Below, piece after piece: positions 63,371-64,000 of a stretch of 64,000 nucleotides of DNA. Numbering within the stretch: position 1 is the stretch's first letter; every line of letters starts with the position of its first letter. The position numbers and the translations under genes are program-made. The notes under the pieces are model-generated. The model did no database searches, had not been told where the DNA came from, and worked only from the letters and a program-made list of their open reading frames with translations. This stretch comes from Eledone cirrhosa. Taxonomy: Eukaryota. The stretch covers positions 134,230,001-134,294,000 of the forward strand of contig OZ024745.1 in NCBI GenBank assembly GCA_964016885.1, given 5' to 3'.

Positions 63371-64000
63371 ACTATAGTTTTCTTACAGGGAAATTTATTA
63401 TATCAAAAGGTGATTTCAAAGGATTCCAACTAAGAACAGACAGTGGCAACTAAATACTGCAAGGTATTTTACTCTAGTGTGCCACAATAGAATACACCTA
63501 GTACACTCTAAAATAACTGCTGTTAGAAATGGTATCCAGTTATAGAAAGCATACCAAAAACACAACATACAAACGAGATGAGGTTTTTTAACCCATCCAG
63601 TCACAAAATGTGACAACTCATTGAACCCATGCCAAAATAGAAAGTGGATGTATGAAGATGAGTTCCTTTTAAGACTATGGTAGCACCTTTTGGATGGAAC
63701 GTGGTTCAATGGTTGAGAAGTTTGCTTCACAATCATATCATAAATACCCAGGTTAGATCCTACTGAACAGTATCTTGAGCATATCTCATTTATCATAACT
63801 TTGGATTAACATAACCAAGCTTTGTGAGTGGAATTGAGTAGATGGAAATTGTTTGGAAGCCAGTCAGCTGGACTAGTCTTGTCACACATGCAATTTTCCT
63901 GAGAATTACATTAAAGATATAAATGTCCATGGAATGCTCAACTAAGTGTATGTTAATTTCATGAGCAGGCTATTGTCAAACAACTGGAAGACACAATGTC

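Overview
AT-rich, microsatellite-dense animal genomic DNA. The repeat types suggest a cephalopod such as Octopus, but this is inference and was not verified. One host gene is recognisable: four spliceable + strand exons (41936-49530) encoding a coiled-coil protein with a MIEAP/SPATA18-like C-terminal domain. The rest is mostly transposon debris: a decayed CRE-clade non-LTR element, a decayed CsRn1-like Ty3/Gypsy LTR element (9239-13849), three 5'-truncated Penelope-like elements with GIY-YIG endonucleases, RTE and Tx1/L1 fragments, two tRNA-SINE families, piggyBac-type MITEs and a 2.5-kb 10/20-bp satellite. The most notable hidden signal is a set of 11 type I hammerhead ribozyme motifs folded by eye from the sequence, almost all in Penelope-type terminal repeats next to (TA)n tracts. 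They include two long hairpins that each pair an intact with a core-mutated ribozyme (one inside the last intron of the host gene), ribozymes with very long stem II, and a U3:A8 core variant. Short terminal-repeat fragments also end at fixed family-specific positions beside (TA)n. Folding, alignments and family assignments were done manually without tools, and the boundaries of decayed repeats are approximate.
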